Under the pieces are notes generated by a model. That model was not told the DNA's origin, ran no database searches, and saw only the letters and a program-made list of their open reading frames with translations. 64,000 bases of DNA, taken from positions 1,364,001 to 1,428,000 of the forward strand of contig NIVC01000020.1 of NCBI GenBank assembly GCA_002269645.1, read 5' to 3'. The DNA is from Macrostomum lignano (Eukaryota). Both the position numbers and the translations under genes were made by a program. Positions 44,397 through 56,709 of this stretch are shown in pieces (position 1 is the first letter of the stretch; each line of letters begins with the position of its first letter).

Positions 44397-47300
44397 ATGA
44401 GCAGCCGCCGCGAGTCCAAGGCCGAGAAGGCGAAGGACGAGGAGCTCGTCAGCTTCCTGAATGCGGCTGACAAATTCGAAGATATCGACGCTGACTCGGA
44501 AGAAGAAGCTGGCGACACAACGGACCAGGTCAACACTGAGGTGGTGCTGGTTGGTGAGTCAGTTGACTGAGGCAGACATGAGTAGGGAACGGGTGAGCCG
44601 CTCTCTGATGGCTGAGGCAGACATGAGTAGGGAACGGGTGAGCCGCTCTCTGATGGCTGAGGCAGACATGAGTAGGGAACGGGTGAGCCGCTCTCTGATG
44701 GCTGAGGCAGACATGAGTAGGGAACGGGTGAGCCGCTCTCTGATGGCTGAGGCAGACATGAGTAGGGAACGGGTGAGCCGCTCTCTGATGGCTGAGGCAG
44801 ACATGAGTAGGGAACGGGTGAGCCGCTCTCTGATGTTTCATGCAGACATGAGTAGGGAACGCGTGAGCCGCTCTCTGATGTTTCATGCAGACATGAGTAG
44901 GGAACGCGTGAGCCGCTCTCTGATGGCTGAGGCAGACATGAGTAGGGAACGGGTGAGCCGCTCTCTGATGGCTGAGGCAGACATGAGTAGGGAACGGGTG
45001 AGCCGCTCTCTGATGGCTGAGGCAGACATGAGTAGGGAACGGGTGAGCCGCTCTCTGATGGCTGAGGCAGACATGAGTAGGGAGCGGGTGAGCCGCTCTC
45101 TGATGGCTGAGGCAGACATGAGTAGGGAGCGGGTGAGCCGCTCTCTGATGGCTGAGGCAGACATGAGTAGGGAGCGGGTGAGCCGCTCTCTGATGGCTGA
45201 GGCAGACATGAGTAGGGAGCAGGTGAGCCGCTCTCTGATGGCTGAGGCAGACATGAGTAGGGAACGGCCTATCATGCACCTAATTCTCATTTTCGGTCAA
45301 GGCTCTGCAAAACTGAAAGCGAGGGAGCGGGCAGCAGGGGTTCCTAGCCGCATCTGCGCATCTGCGCTAATTTCCACACCCTGCTTACCTGGAGGATTCA
45401 CACTTTTTATTTGAAAAACTCCAATGCTCCAAACAGCCCCCCCATCCCCCCCGGCACAATGTGGTGTCGGAATGAAGTGGGAAGCTTCGGTTTTTTACAA
45501 CTTCGCAATTTGTTGCTAAGGAGATTCTGGGGCAGGGAAGCTGCGGGATCCCAACTAGCGTGACCTGGTTACCTGGGGGGGGGGCAGAGAAAACTCTTCA
45601 TCTGGATAATCGTGCCGGCCCGAATGCACTTCTGTCGAGGCCGTGCGTTGCGAACTTTCTTTGCTGGGCCCCGGTCGGCCTCTGTGCCGCCTCTTCCCGC
45701 TGGCTCTTCATCATTCCCAGCATCCCAGGTGGGCTGCCGCTACCGGCTGTTCACGATCCGCTCCATCATGTCCAAATCGCGAACCCACCTCTGTCCGCAT
45801 GTCGAACGCCGCTGCATCAGGCACTCCGACAGCAATAATTCCGCAATGATTTGGTGCAACCGTGCGCCGCTATGAAAAATTCAAATTAACTTAAAATTTT
45901 TCACCTTGAACTTGACTTTTGTAACCGGGATGTTTAATTGCTTGCGGAGATGGCGATTCCGAACAATGATTTTAAATGACTTCCAGCACCCCCTCCCTGC
46001 ACACCAACCACCAGCCTGAAGATCTTCGCGACTTCCAGCACCCCCTCCCTGCACACCAACCACCAGCCTGAAAATCTTTGCGACTTCCAGCACCCCCTCC
46101 CTGCACACCAACCACCAGCCTGAAGATCTTCGCGACTTCCAGCACCCCCTCCCTGCACACCAATCACCAGCCTGAAAATCTTTGCGACTTCCAGCACCCC
46201 CTCCCTGCACACCAACCACCAGCCTGAAGATCTTCGCGACTTCCAGCACCCCCTCCCGGCACAACAACGCGGTGGCCCCCTTCCAGCTCTTTCACAGATT
46301 TTCACACGGAATCAACAAATTTGAGAGTTGAGCAGAACCGAACCGTCGACCAAACCGTCCCCAGACATTTCGCAGGGCTCGCCGAGCGATGAGGCTGGTG
46401 AGTCGAACGAATGCGGCTGCTGGGGCCTGCGCTGCCGCTGCCTGCGCCGGTTGAACCAGTTCGAGCTGTTCCTGCTGCTGCTGACTCTGTTCGGCCTGTG
46501 CGGCGGCCTGCAGAGCGCGCTGAAGTCGGCCAGCCTCACCAAGCTGGAGAAGCGCTTCAACTTTGACTCGGCCACGTCCGCCCTGGTGCTCATGGCCAAT
46601 GATATGGTCTACCTGCCCAGCGTGCTGCTCGTCTCCTACTTCGGCTCGCTGGGTATGGCTGAGTGACTCTTCTCAACCAGCTGGGTATGGCTGAGTGACT
46701 CTTCTCAACCAGCTGGGTATGGCTGAGCGACTCTTCTCAACTAGCTGGGTATGGCTGAGTGACTCTTCTTAACCAGCTGGGTATGGCTGAGTGAATCTTC
46801 CCAACTGGCTGGGTATGACTGAGTGAATCTTCCCAACTGGCTGGGTATAGCTGAGTGACTCTTCTCAACCGGCTGGGTATAGCTGAGTGACTCTTCTCAA
46901 CTGGCTGGGTATGACTGAGTGAATATTCCCAACTGGCTGGGTATGACTGAGTGAATCTTCCCAACTGGCTGGGTATGGCTGAGTGACTCTTCTCAACCAG
47001 CTGGGTATGTCTGAGTGACTCTTCTCAACCAGCTGGATATGGCTGAGTGACTCTTCTCAAACAGCTGGGTATGGCTGAGTGACTCTTCTCAACCGACTGG
47101 GTATGGCTGAGTGAATCTTCTCAACCAGCTGGGTATGTCTGAGTGACTCTTCTCAACCAGCTGGTTCAACTTAAAAACTGTTTAACTACCATCCTCATTG
47201 ACAGCATGATTCAATTCCGATTTGATTAACTCAGTCTCAAAAACTTGTAATGCGATTTTTTATTAACAGTTGCTGAGCCAGTGAAGATTAAATACCCTGG

Positions 47301-50300
47301 CATCCAACTTAGTCATTTATGAGAGGAGTGAATGCGATTTAAGGGGCCGTAGCTGAGTAGCTGAGTAGCTGAGTAGTTGAGTAGTAGCTGAGTAGTTGAG
47401 TATCGGAGTAATTGAGTAGCTGAGTAGTTGAGTAGCTGAGTAGTTGAGTAGTAGCTGAGTAGTTGAGTAGTAGCTGAGCAGTTGAGTAGTAGCTGAGCAG
47501 TTGAGTAGTAGCTGAGTAGTTGAGTATCGGAGTAATTGAGTAGCTGAGTAGTTGAGTAGTAGCTGAGTAGTTGAGTATCGGAGTAATTGAGTAGCTGAGC
47601 ATTTGAGTAGTAGCTGAGTAGTTGAGTATCGGAGTAATTGAGTAGCTGAGTAGTTGAGTAGCTGAGTAGTTGAGTATCGGAGTAATTGAGTAGCTGAGTA
47701 GTTGAGTAGCTGAGTAGTTGAGTAGTAGTTGAGTAGTTGAGTATCGGAGTAGTTGAGTAGCTGAGTAGCTGAGTAGTTGAGTAGCTGAGTAGTTGAGTAG
47801 TTGAGTTGCTGAGTTGCTGAGTAGTTGAGTAGCTGAGTAGTTGAGTAGTAGCTGAGTAGTAGCTGAGTAGTTGAGTAGTAGCTGAGTAGTTAAGTAGTAG
47901 CTGAGTAGTTGATTAGTAGCTGAGTAGTTGATTAGTAGCTGAGTAGTTGAGTAGTAGCTGAGCAGTTAAGTAGTCAAAAGGCTCGAACACAAATTTCACA
48001 ATTTTGGTGTAAAATGGAGGCACCATACCACACAACTGATGTGCAAAGCGAGGCAAGCTGATACTCAAGCTGTGAGATCACGCAAATTTGGCCTGCAGCC
48101 CTTAGCTCCAGGCAGTGGGTGGAACCGAGCTGCTTCACTGCTGGCCATTGTAGTGCGCTTGTGCGCGAAATATAAAGTGGTCTCGTGGACCATATATTTG
48201 AGTTAATATATAGTCACTGCCGACGTGCGGCTACCACGTTATGCAATGGTTAAGGGGGGGGGGGGGGGGGGCAGAGCTAGCGCACGTTGGTCGAGAGAAC
48301 TCAAGCTATAGTCACATACAAGCCTACAGGCGTAGAGGGGCGTACACTACAGCCATCAAACCATTCTGCAGGTCACCGGCCGCGTCTGCTGGCTTTCAGC
48401 TGCTTCGGCTACGGCCTGTCCGGACTTCTGTTCGCCCTGCCGCATTTTCTGTTCGGCGCAGCGCCGCAGCCAACAGACGGCGCCTCGGCCAACCAGCAGC
48501 TGGGGTTCGTCTGCCCGGCCGACTCCGGGCTCCGCAACTCCACGCCCGCTGGCGCGATACCGCAGGGCCGGGACGCTGGACTGGAATCGTCCGTGGCGCT
48601 GGGCCTGTTCCTCATCTCCGGCTTCATCGAGGGCCTGTCGGTGGCGCCGTACTTCAACCTGGGCGTCGCTTTCATCGACGACATCACGGGCGACTTCTCT
48701 GGCGTCTTCATCGGCCTCGTCATCGCCGCGAAGATTTTGTCGCCGACTCTCGGCTACCAGCTGTACGGAAAGGTTCGAGTGGAGAGGCTCGGAAATCAAG
48801 GGGGTTTGAGGGATTTGGGGGGCTTCTCAAGAATGCTCCTCAAGGCCTGCCAGAAGGCCTTCGACGAAACGCTGAGTGAGTGCCTCTCCTCTCCGGTAGG
48901 GTGCCAGAGCGTCAATTTCACAGTGTCAGGAATTGGCTCTCCTAGTAGTTCTGAGCTCTGAGTTGATCCACGTCCCCTCGCTGAATTAGTTATGCCAGTA
49001 AGCGAAGCTAATTCTGACCCCCCCCCCACTCACCGTTCAAGGTTTTTGTCCGCCTCAGCGACCAGCTGATTCCGTCCGAACCGCGCGAGCGCGCCAGCCC
49101 TACCTACATCCCTGCCTGGTGGCTCGGCTTCGCCATCGTCGGCCTGCTGTCGCTGCTGCTCGGCCTGCCGATGCTGCTGTTCCCCTCCCGGCCCGGCTTC
49201 AATGCCGAGAAGTACCGGCGCCGGGCGGCGGGCGAGGGCGGCGGCCTCCTGTGCCGTGTCGCCCTCCGCCTGGGCGGCAAGCGCTCCTCTAGGCGTCGGA
49301 AAAGCCAATTGGAGGCAGCCGCCGCCGGAGAGGCGAAGCCCAACAGCCTGCTCGGCTTTGTCGGCTCGCTCAAACGGTTGCTAAGCAACCCAGTGTACGT
49401 GTGCCTGCTGTGCGGCAACATGTTCGAGTTCATGGAGATCAACTGCATCATAGCCTACATGGTGAAGTACCTGAACCTGCACTTTCGCATCGGCAGCGGG
49501 GAGGCGGCAGTCCTGGCCGGCATCGCCGGGCCGGGGGCCAACGTGCTCGGCATCCTCATCAGCAGCTGCGTGGCCGCCTGCGTCAAATGGCGGGTGCCGC
49601 AGCTGGCCAAGTTCCACGCCTGCGTCAACTGCTTCGGAGTGCTGGCGGCCGCGACCGGGTTCCTGTTCGTCTGTCCGCGCGTGGATCTGGTGGGCGGATT
49701 TCCGGCTGGTGGCCAGTGAGTGCCTGACTTTGTGTGCGCAGATAGCCTATTTGCCTGCCGGCTTAGTGACAAATTGTACTTGGGTGCAGCAGGGCTCCAA
49801 CAATCCTTTCTTATCAAATTTAGCAGCGGCGGCAGCTTCATCCCCGACTGCTCGGCCAGCGGCGGCCCCGGGGCACCTCAGCTGTCACCCTTCGCGTCCG
49901 GCTGCAACTGCAGCGCCGCCGCCTTCAAGCCGATCTGCATCGACGGGAGGAACTTCTTCAGCCCGTGTGCCGCCAACTGCCACGCGGTAAGCGGCCTGTT
50001 CTGAGTGAATTTTTTGCAGTCAAATGAATCACCTTCTATCTGGCTGAATATATCGATACATCTCGCACAGAGGGGCGGCAACGTGTCCTGTGAGTGCATG
50101 TACAACAGCACCGCCGGCCTGAGCACCGGCGTGGTGGCCAGCTTCCCTCTGGCGCAGCTGCGAATGCGCACCAACCTGCTCTGCTCTGACGAATGCAGCT
50201 CCAGTGTGTACACCTTCGTGGCGCTGTTCACCGTCCTCAAGCTGGTGCGCCTCAGCGCCCGCTCCCAGGAGGCGGTGTTGCAGCTGCGCTGCGTGCGGCC

Positions 50301-50794
50301 GCGAGACAAGGCGCTGGGCCTTGGTGTGACGTCATTCATGTTCAGCCTTGGAGGTCAGAAAATATTATAGAAAATCCCTTAATGAATGAGGCTATCATGT
50401 TTCTTCTACAGAAAGCAGCTGTCACCGTGGGTATCTCGCCGAAACTCGCACTTAATCTCCCTCAACAGGCATCTGGGTGCCGCCATTTGTGGGCCACCTT
50501 TTCGACCGAGCCTGCCTGTTCTACGACCCGAGGCCGAGCTACAAGCAGACCTGCCTGTTCTTCGACACCCAGCGCTTCCGCTACTCCTTTGTGGGCTTCA
50601 CCACCGCCGCCCTGGTGCCAGCGTGCGCCTTCTTCTTCTTGGCCTGGTACTTCACCGTCCGCCATCCGAAGTTCGCCGACATGTCCAGCTCGCGCCGCTG
50701 CACCCTGGAGATGCAGCAGCCCGCTGCTCTGGAGAGGCGCGGCGGCAATGATGCGGATAATTCTCCTGACAGGAAGGAGGCGCAGCATCTCTGA
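44397..50794 (+). CDS. SLCO: OATP/SLCO organic anion transporting polypeptide, 7 exons, about 763 aa
   Basis: Exons 44397-44553, 46365-46652, 48372-48772, 49042-49715, 49824-49986, 50071-50353, 50469-50794 are all in phase. Motifs: LEKRF, VSYFG...HRPRLL, YIPAWWLGF (OATP signature variant), Kazal-like CNC...PIC..G..F.SPC..NC, LFDRACL. Exon 1 is the least certain. Confidence 0.9.
44553..45266. repeat. 45-bp minisatellite GGTGAGCCGCTCTCTGATGGCTGAGGCAGACATGAGTAGGGAACG
   Basis: About 15 copies starting at the OATP exon-1 donor. Confidence 0.95.
45975..46260. repeat. 56-bp minisatellite GCGACTTCCAGCACCCCCTCCCTGCACACCAACCACCAGCCTGAAGATCTTC-like
   Basis: About 5 copies; OATP intron 1. Confidence 0.9.
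46648..47163. repeat. 32-bp minisatellite GCTGG|GTATGGCTGAGTGACTCTTCTCAACCA containing the OATP exon-2 donor
   Basis: About 16 copies; the first copy overlaps the exon end. Confidence 0.95.
47350..47975. repeat. Complex GAGTAGCT/GAGTAGTT 8-bp-based satellite
   Basis: OATP intron 2. Confidence 0.93.
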
Positions 50795-51604
50795 CGTTGA
50801 GTTTCTTGGACTGCCTAAGCAATACAGGAACTCGCTGCTCGATAAACTTTGTGAACCATTGAGTAACGGCTAGCGAAACTGAATGCCCGCAACTTCGCCT
50901 AATTAATTCGGACTCATGCGTACTCAAAGCAACCCAACCCTTCATCAGCGAATCGGTTTGCAAGCATGCGTAGCTCTGTCGTGTACACAATGCTTTGGCT
51001 GCTTTTGGTCCCTCCCAATGTGCTCCTTCATCCATCGGTACAAATTCTACTGCACAGTTCATTTTTGGAGTCATGGTCTTTTCTAGCTCGTAGTTTAATG
51101 TACAGTTTGCTTGTGGAACTCACACCGTTTCCCAGTCTAGTTCAACAAAACTGATATGCAGTTCTGTTGAATTGCACATGGTAGATTGCCGCTAGCTAAG
51201 TTGTACAGCCGGTGTTTGAATTCCAAGCTGCCTTGTCGAAATACGAGTGGCGCTCTAAAAATGTTATGACAAAATTGCAAATGGAGATGTCTGACTTGCA
51301 TATCAGTTTTGTTGCAATGGACTGGGAAACGGTGCATTTAGTCTCTCGGATCGTATCAAAGCTCTTGTAGGAGAATCTGAATGCACTCGGATAACTAAAG
51401 CTGCGAATAGCAAAAACTGAAATGGTCATTCTGTAATCACGTGCAGACTGCTGATAGAGCAAAGCTGCGGCTCTCTGATAATGATAATAAATGTAAAGAA
51501 TGCATCAGATGTATTTAAACCCTTCTGGTATCTCAGCACATAAACCACCGCTTTGCCCCACCTGATAGAAAAGGGCCGATCAGAGTGTGTGAGAATATTT
51601 TGCC

Positions 51605-53122
51605 ATGGCCTGCAAGACGGTGGCAGTCAACCTGCTGCTGCTTGTCTGCATGAAGCTCATTGTTCAGCTTGCCAACATCGAGTATTCGGGCTTCGATAAA
51701 GACGAATTTGCGTTGATCAATGACACTTGCACATTGCTGAACTCGACGCAACCAAACAAAGGTAGTTTTATTGGCCTTCTAACCAAAGGCCACGTGTTGA
51801 GATGCAGCCTATCGATTGTTGGCGGCCTGCTCGGCCGTGTCCTGGAATACCGCAGCATCCTGTTCTTCGGGGGAGCGATAATGTCCGTTGGAGTCTGTCT
51901 GATTACTGTTGTAACGCAGTTCGGCCTGGTTTGCACGCCGGCGCTGTACTATCTGGCCTGGATCCCGTATCCTCTGTACAATGGCCTGCTTCTTCCCACC
52001 ATGTTCTACAGTCTGATTAGCTGGAGCTCCGGGCCTAAGAGCCGCATGCTGCTGGCGGTGCTGTACTACTTGGTGACTGAACTTCCTCCCATCCTGGAAT
52101 CCAGCTCAGCATCCTTGTCAGGCATTCAGCTCTACGCCTACCGGCAGCATAGTGCAGTCGTGTCGGCAACGGGGGTTTCCCTGTGCCTGCTGTTCATGGC
52201 TCTGTCATTGGGGCTGGCAGCCGAGCCAAGCCGGCGCCAGTTTGAGCAGCTGACAGTCAGTCGCCTGATGCGGTACGCGCGCATCTTCGCAGCTTTTATA
52301 GTATTCGTAGCCCAGATGAACGACGGTCACGTATCGAATTACCGCATAGAAATTCGGCACTTGGCCCCAATTTCCAATCGCACTGAAGCCAAGCCCAGCT
52401 GGGAGCAGTGGGCGTGGGATGTCAACTTCACTCGACACGCCAACACTGCCGGAATTCTCGCCGCCGCTTGCGCTCTGGTAGCCATGGCAGCCTCGCCCCA
52501 CATTCGCTTCGTGTCCCACAAGATGAGACTAAAGTTGGGCGTTGCCTTGGCGGCTGCAGCTTCGTTAGGCTGTCTTGCAGCCTACCTGGTACTCGGCTGC
52601 AGTGCCGGATCGTGGGGTCCGGTAGCCGCATTCAGCGTTTTTGGTAACGCCGCGTTTTTCGATGGCGTCTCTGAGATGCTCAGCATTGTGGCCCTGTACG
52701 AACTGGCGGACGCGATCTCCTTTAGTCAGAACAAGCTGCTGCTGTTCGGCATCAGCTTCACCGCCAGCGCTCTGTCCGGTTTATTCAGGTACTGTGTTGG
52801 CCTCGCCGTCCATCGAATCGCTAGCGGTGGCGCGACTGGCGAAGGCACCGTGCTGCAGGTCACGCGTCTCGATCACGTCATCGACTTCGGCCTGTCGATC
52901 TCCTGTCTGGCCTACGCGCACTGGCTGGCGTTTCCGCTGGCTTCCACCCTGGAGCAGCCGGACCCGTGGGGACTCGCTGACCAGCAGGAGCCGCTGATTC
53001 CATCGGGCCAGGGTGAACTGTCGGGCTCCGTTCAGCAAGAGGAAGTAACGCCTGGCTCGTTCCAAGAGCCGAGCAGTGACGAACCAATTGACAGCGACAA
53101 TCTGCATCGCTCTAGCCGCTGA
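51605..53122 (+). CDS. Intronless divergent MFS-like multipass membrane protein (505 aa)
   Basis: Uninterrupted 505-codon ORF with about 11-12 hydrophobic segments, a motif-A-like VGGLLGRVLEYRSILFFG, and N-glycosylation sequons in the first loop; clearly paralogous to 55282-56709. Confidence 0.8.
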   Translation: MACKTVAVNLLLLVCMKLIVQLANIEYSGFDKDEFALINDTCTLLNSTQPNKGSFIGLLTKGHVLRCSLSIVGGLLGRVLEYRSILFFGGAIMSVGVCLITVVTQFGLVCTPALYYLAWIPYPLYNGLLLPTMFYSLISWSSGPKSRMLLAVLYYLVTELPPILESSSASLSGIQLYAYRQHSAVVSATGVSLCLLFMALSLGLAAEPSRRQFEQLTVSRLMRYARIFAAFIVFVAQMNDGHVSNYRIEIRHLAPISNRTEAKPSWEQWAWDVNFTRHANTAGILAAACALVAMAASPHIRFVSHKMRLKLGVALAAAASLGCLAAYLVLGCSAGSWGPVAAFSVFGNAAFFDGVSEMLSIVALYELADAISFSQNKLLLFGISFTASALSGLFRYCVGLAVHRIASGGATGEGTVLQVTRLDHVIDFGLSISCLAYAHWLAFPLASTLEQPDPWGLADQQEPLIPSGQGELSGSVQQEEVTPGSFQEPSSDEPIDSDNLHRSSR

Positions 53123-53914
53123 CATGATGGAAGACGGAAAAGTATGATTTTCTATGGAACTACTTCAACTTTGTGCAATTTTCGGCACGTTCACAGCTGT
53201 TTAGCTGCGATTTCTAAAATACACTGTTTTCGTTGCCCCGAGGACTTATACGATGTGTTCTAATGGTGAGGCAAAGGGGTGAAAGTCCATGTTGTTCGCT
53301 TTGACTTCCACTGAAGCAGAAAGCGCCAATTGTTTGCACGAGACTGAAAAACTTCATTCAATTTTTTTACACACGGCAATTTCAGAACCACGGACTACTA
53401 CTACTATGCATATGTTTAAGTCTTTGGGTTCTATCAGAAAATTCCTTAGTTTTCAACATTGCTTGTAAAAAATTATGAGCTGCTTTGAAAGCTTATTATA
53501 TTTTTAGGGCATTTTGTAAACACAAACGTGCTGACTAGCAGAGACAAGCGTTTCGGTGACTTTCAATTGGGTAGACTTCAGCGAAAATCCATATTTATTT
53601 GACTCGAAATGTAGTTTATAACGAGGGTAACAATAATTCAATAATTGCATAAGTAGTATTTGGAGTTGATCAAGTTTAGTCACATCACGAAAGCACTCCA
53701 TTCTCAGTCACGTTAATTAAAATAGCCAGCTAACTTCACAGTCTAAATTTAGGAGGTATGCGCTTATCTTTTCTTGTACTATGATTTATCACGTTGCATT
53801 AGTCATCAGTTCAACGACGACTACTGTAAATCCATCTGAGGTCTACTTGTATCTGGAGCGTTTATCGATGTGACGAGTTATTTCTCAGATTCTTTGATAA
53901 TAAAAATATGCTGC

Positions 53915-54483
53915 TGACTGAATGACTGACTGACTGACTGACTGACTGACTGACTGACTGACTGACTGACTGACTGACTGACTGACTGACTGACTGACTG
54001 ACTGACTGACTGACTGACTGACTGACTGACTGACTGACTGACTGACTGACTGACTGACTGACTGACTGACTGACTGACTGACTGACTGACTGACTGACTG
54101 ACTGACTGACTGACTGACTGACTGACTGACTGACTGACTGACTGACTGACTGACTGACTGACTGACTGACTGACTGACTGACTGACTGACTGACTGACTG
54201 ACTGACTGACTGACTGACTGACTGACTGACTGACTGACTGACTGACTGACTGACTGACTGACTGACTGACTGACTGACTGACTGACTGACTGACTGACTG
54301 ACTGACTGACTGACTGACTGACTGACTGACTGACTGACTGACTGACTGACTGACTGACTGACTGACTGACTGACTGACTGACTGACTGACTGACTGACTG
54401 ACTGACTGACTGACTGACTGACTGACTGACTGACTGACTGACTGACTGACTGACTGACTGACTGACTGACTGACTGACTGACT

Positions 54484-54515
<32 letters not shown>

Positions 54516-54820
54516 GACTGACTGACTGACTGACTGACTGACTGACTGACTGACTGACTGACTGACTGACTGACTGACTGACTGACTGACTGACTGACTG
54601 ACTGACTGACTGACTGACTGACTGACTGACTGACTGACTGACTGACTGACTGACTGACTGACTGACTGACTGACTGACTGACTGACTGACTGACTGACTG
54701 ACTGACTGACTGACTGACTGACTGACTGACTGACTGACTGACTGACTGACTGACTGACTGACTGACTGACTGACTGACTGACTGACTGACTGACTGACTG
54801 ACTGACTGACTGACTGACTA
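53915..54820. repeat. (GACT)n microsatellite, about 900 bp
   Basis: Near-perfect tetranucleotide array between the two MFS-like genes. Confidence 0.99.
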
Positions 54821-55281
54821 GTTGTCCTTGTTCAATGCATGTACGCAAGGCCAGCCAGTATCCTCATTTTAGGTTTATTTGGCTAGGGCCAAGAAAGTGT
54901 TCAGACTGTGCGACACAAGTCAGATGTTTGTCGCTGCATGCCTGAAATGTTTAAAAGATTTATGCTACGGAAGGCATTCACAGAGATTCTTGCACATTAA
55001 CTGTATTTTAAGCAAATGTACAGTGGCCAGTGAAGACAAGCGCGTGCGTCTTTCGCAGTTGAACATTTCCTTTTTGAGAAGCACACCTTACCATCTTTCG
55101 CAGCTGTCCACGGTAAACATTGAACGCTTGACGGTTTGCTTTCGTGCTGAGAGCCTCTGGGGTTGCGCGTTCTAACTGTACAAAAACCGCAACCTGCTGC
55201 ATGCCACAGGTAGTGTAACATAAAAAATTACGAAATTTCAGATAGAAACGCGAACAAATATCGAATCTTGCATTGTCAAAT

Positions 55282-56709
55282 ATGTCCCAGTTCTGTTGGA
55301 AAAGTCTGGTGGCGGTGATCATCATGAAAGCAATTAACCAGTACGTCACCTTTGAGTACCTACTCTACAACAGTAATTTGTACCACAAAGTTAACGGCAC
55401 CTGCCAGCTGAAAGACCCGTCAGGGTTGGTGAATTACACAAACGCTCCAATGATGTATACCTTTCACTTTGGATACACCCTGTCCGTGGTCGGTGGTCTC
55501 ATGGCGAACAGCCACCTCGGATTCCGGCCGGTTCTGATTATCGGCGGAGCGGTGACTGCGGTGGCTGCGGCTCTTCTGGCCATCAGCATCTCGCTCGGGC
55601 TGATCTGCCACCCGGCGTTCTACGCTTTTGTCTGGATGTTCCATCCTCTGTACATGGGTTTTATTGTACCTTGCCTGTTCTACGGATTCGTTCGCCTCAG
55701 CTGGGGGAGGAAGAGCCGCATGGTGCTGGTAGCCTTGTACTATTACAGCGCTGAAGCCTCTACGTGGCTGGAAGTTTTTGTCGCTCCCATTGTGACATCA
55801 AACTGGAATACCTACTACTGCATAATGGTTGGCGGCGTGTGCTTGAGCCTGATTTTTCTGTCGCTTTCGACAACACTAAAAGAAGATGAGGAGCCAAGCT
55901 CTATGGAAGTTCCAACCATGAAACGTCTCGTTCGATTTTTTCGCATTCTCAGTGCCTTCACGATGTTTTCCATCCAGTTGTACGACAAACACGTTGACGG
56001 GTACCAGAGGGAAGCCATTCTCTACTCGAGAAACTCGACAAGTAATTCGCTTTTTGAGTCCAACCTTCTGGCAGAAATGAAAGCCAATGATTTGCCGCGG
56101 TACGTGAACATGGCCTCGAAGCTGGGCACATCCGCGCTCCTGATTCTATTAGGAATCAGCAGGCAAACGTCTTTTATATCGCACGAGATCAGAATTCAGG
56201 TCGGAATCTTGACTGCAGCAACTGCTGCTCTATTTTGTTGTTCTGCAGATCTCCTTCTAGCAAAACTGGGCCCAGCAAGTCCCATTCTGACCACTTCCTT
56301 ATTTTGTACAGCATCGTTTCTGGATGGAGCGTCGGAGATTGTCGTGATGGTCGGTGTGTACGAGTTCGTCGATATGATTGGCACGAGAGACCACAAGCTC
56401 GTGCTTTTCGGCGTCGCCTTCAGCGTTTGGACTCTGGCTTACTTTGCCAGATATTTAATACAAAACTTCACGTTTCATGTCGTAATGCCTCTTCTGACTA
56501 GCGACATGAACTATTTCTACTGCGTGAACCATGCTCTTAATTTGATTCTGCTGGTCATCTGTCTCACGTACACCCGGTGCGTGGCTTTCCCGTTGGCCTT
56601 TCCCCTCATCCAGACGGACCAGTATCCGGAGCCAGAGGCTGAGGATGAAGCAAATGCTGAACGTGCGGCACTCCAATTGCCAGCAGAGCAGGATGATGGA
56701 AGTGGCTAA
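55282..56709 (+). CDS. Intronless divergent MFS-like multipass membrane protein, paralog 2 (475 aa from the ATG)
   Basis: Uninterrupted ORF, colinear with 51605-53122 along its full length (N.TC, S.VGGL, GL.C.PA.Y, KSRM.L..LYY, F.SH..R...G, F.DG.SE, KL.LFG..F, CL.Y....AFPL). Confidence 0.8.
   Translation: MSQFCWKSLVAVIIMKAINQYVTFEYLLYNSNLYHKVNGTCQLKDPSGLVNYTNAPMMYTFHFGYTLSVVGGLMANSHLGFRPVLIIGGAVTAVAAALLAISISLGLICHPAFYAFVWMFHPLYMGFIVPCLFYGFVRLSWGRKSRMVLVALYYYSAEASTWLEVFVAPIVTSNWNTYYCIMVGGVCLSLIFLSLSTTLKEDEEPSSMEVPTMKRLVRFFRILSAFTMFSIQLYDKHVDGYQREAILYSRNSTSNSLFESNLLAEMKANDLPRYVNMASKLGTSALLILLGISRQTSFISHEIRIQVGILTAATAALFCCSADLLLAKLGPASPILTTSLFCTASFLDGASEIVVMVGVYEFVDMIGTRDHKLVLFGVAFSVWTLAYFARYLIQNFTFHVVMPLLTSDMNYFYCVNHALNLILLVICLTYTRCVAFPLAFPLIQTDQYPEPEAEDEANAERAALQLPAEQDDGSG

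Noticed and set aside
44461-45414. 317-aa ORF with MSRERVSRSLMAEAD repeats
   Set aside because: A 45-bp repeat open by chance, in a different frame from the OATP exon 1 that it overlaps.
48767-49047. Identical AAGGTT at both ends of an OATP intron, as a sign of recent intron gain
   Set aside because: AG|GT matches the generic proto-splice consensus; a 6-bp match is too weak without orthologs.
53862-54848. 328-aa (SQSV)n ORF
   Set aside because: Translation of the (GACT)n microsatellite.
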